Source of the DNA: Takakia lepidozioides
Taxonomy: Eukaryota; Plantae; Bryophyta
Length of the DNA: 64,000 nucleotides
Direction of reading: 5' to 3'
Assembly: GCA_030704615.1 (NCBI GenBank)
Contig: CM060734.1
Span: 29,884,001-29,948,000, forward strand
Part shown: positions 62,971 through 64,000 of the stretch, piece after piece
Numbering within the stretch: position 1 is the stretch's first letter
Layout: the number at the start of each line of letters is the position of its first letter
Notes under the pieces: model-generated
What the model was told of the DNA's origin: nothing
The model's database searches: none
The model's input: only the letters and a program-made list of their open reading frames with translations
Made by a program: the position numbers and the translations under genes

Positions 62971-64000
62971 AGCTACAAAGCTATAGCTTTGATTGCCCCT
63001 TCCGTCGAGATGTTGGTTATTCGGAGCAACCCCGACTCTTCCACTCATAACTTTTCTAATTTCTTGTTCTTGTTTCTTGGAGGGAACCACCTGCATGAAA
63101 TTCACGTTCCTGATTGGCTGTTGCCTCCTCGGATAACTTCTCAATTTTACCCCCATCTGCTTACATTCCCACTTGGAATGCCCACTAGGATAGCACATGT
63201 GGCAAAGGTCCCCCTTTGCTGTACGCGTAAAAGGTTTCGTTACCTGCTCCTTGGATGCATTAATGGGCCCCCAATTAATTTCGGCTGCTGTACCGGGTAG
63301 GTACTTCGACGGCCCAATTTGTCTTTTTGCATGATGACACCCGTTATTGCAGTACATGCAATGCGGAGTGCTTTGCCCCTTAGGCCACGTGTTTGAATTC
63401 AAACACTCTCCCGTCTCCCTCTGTCCGCGTGGCTTTTTCTCCGAGTTTGACTCCCAAGCTGACCTTACTCTTACCGGCCACTTTTCTGACGTTAACCCAC
63501 GTCCACCTGTCACTGACCCTATGGATTGTGCAACCCGCGTGGGCTGTGTTGGGCTGTGATAGGCTGTGTCAAACTGTGGTGAGCTGTGATAGGCTGTGTT
63601 ACGCTGTGATGGCCTGTGATGGCTGTGCGAACACCCGTGTTCTCCGCTCAGGCCATACACATTCGGCTTTACGACAAGTGCTTCATGCTCCGTTGGTATT
63701 ACCGGTGTAATCTGTGACTGCTTCTGTGTTTCAAAATGCAAATCATGCCGCAATGGTTTATCATGGATACCACTGTATCCTTTCAACTTATTGGCATTGA
63801 CTCTTCCAAACATCTCTTTGTTAATGGTTTGTAACATGGTTGTGTTGTTATCATACATCTTTTATATGACATAAGGTCATTTCCATGGTGACTTAAGCTT
63901 AGAAGCTTTAATCTTTTCCTTCTTTTGCAACCAGAGTACCAAATCTCCTGTCTTAAAAGTCTTCAATTTTCCTTCATCAAACTGATCCTTCCTCTTCATC

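Larger units (their letters stand above)
58550..64000 (-). mobile_element. Gypsy copy E (diverged subfamily): integrase end, minisatellite, 3' ORF, PPT and 3' LTR
   Basis: Integrase C-terminus at 63630-64000; 3' ORF at 59343-62970; LTR start at 59304. Confidence 0.92.

Overview
Eukaryotic, transposon-dense DNA with spliceosomal GT-AG introns, most likely from a non-seed plant (inference); it contains no intact host gene. The backbone is a nest of at least five copies of one Ty3/Gypsy LTR-retrotransposon family (A 1-11288 minus, near-intact; B remnant; C plus; D fragment; E minus). This family has an extra 5' ORF0 and a long sense-strand 3' ORF. Other insertions are a 2.1-kb solo LTR, a hAT transposon, a Sola2-like DDD transposase pseudogene beside a captured SEN1-like helicase exon, and two relatives of an unusual DNA transposon (14564-24529 and ~40411-43708). 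The two relatives share CATGAGC-rich termini and an acidic 'EVRWTVPQGED' gene. Copy 1 has an 8-bp TSD and encodes a ParB/Srx-like (DGNHR) domain, a GCM-like Zn domain and an intact head-to-head pair of orphan paralogs. Copy 2 encodes an intron-containing beta-class N6/N4 DNA-methyltransferase-like domain. Each carries its own palindrome array, and one array has a strict ~53-bp (five helical turns) period. This methylase/ParB/palindrome-array transposon is the best candidate for an undescribed system. Three internal kb-scale inversions with short microhomologies also scramble TE genes.
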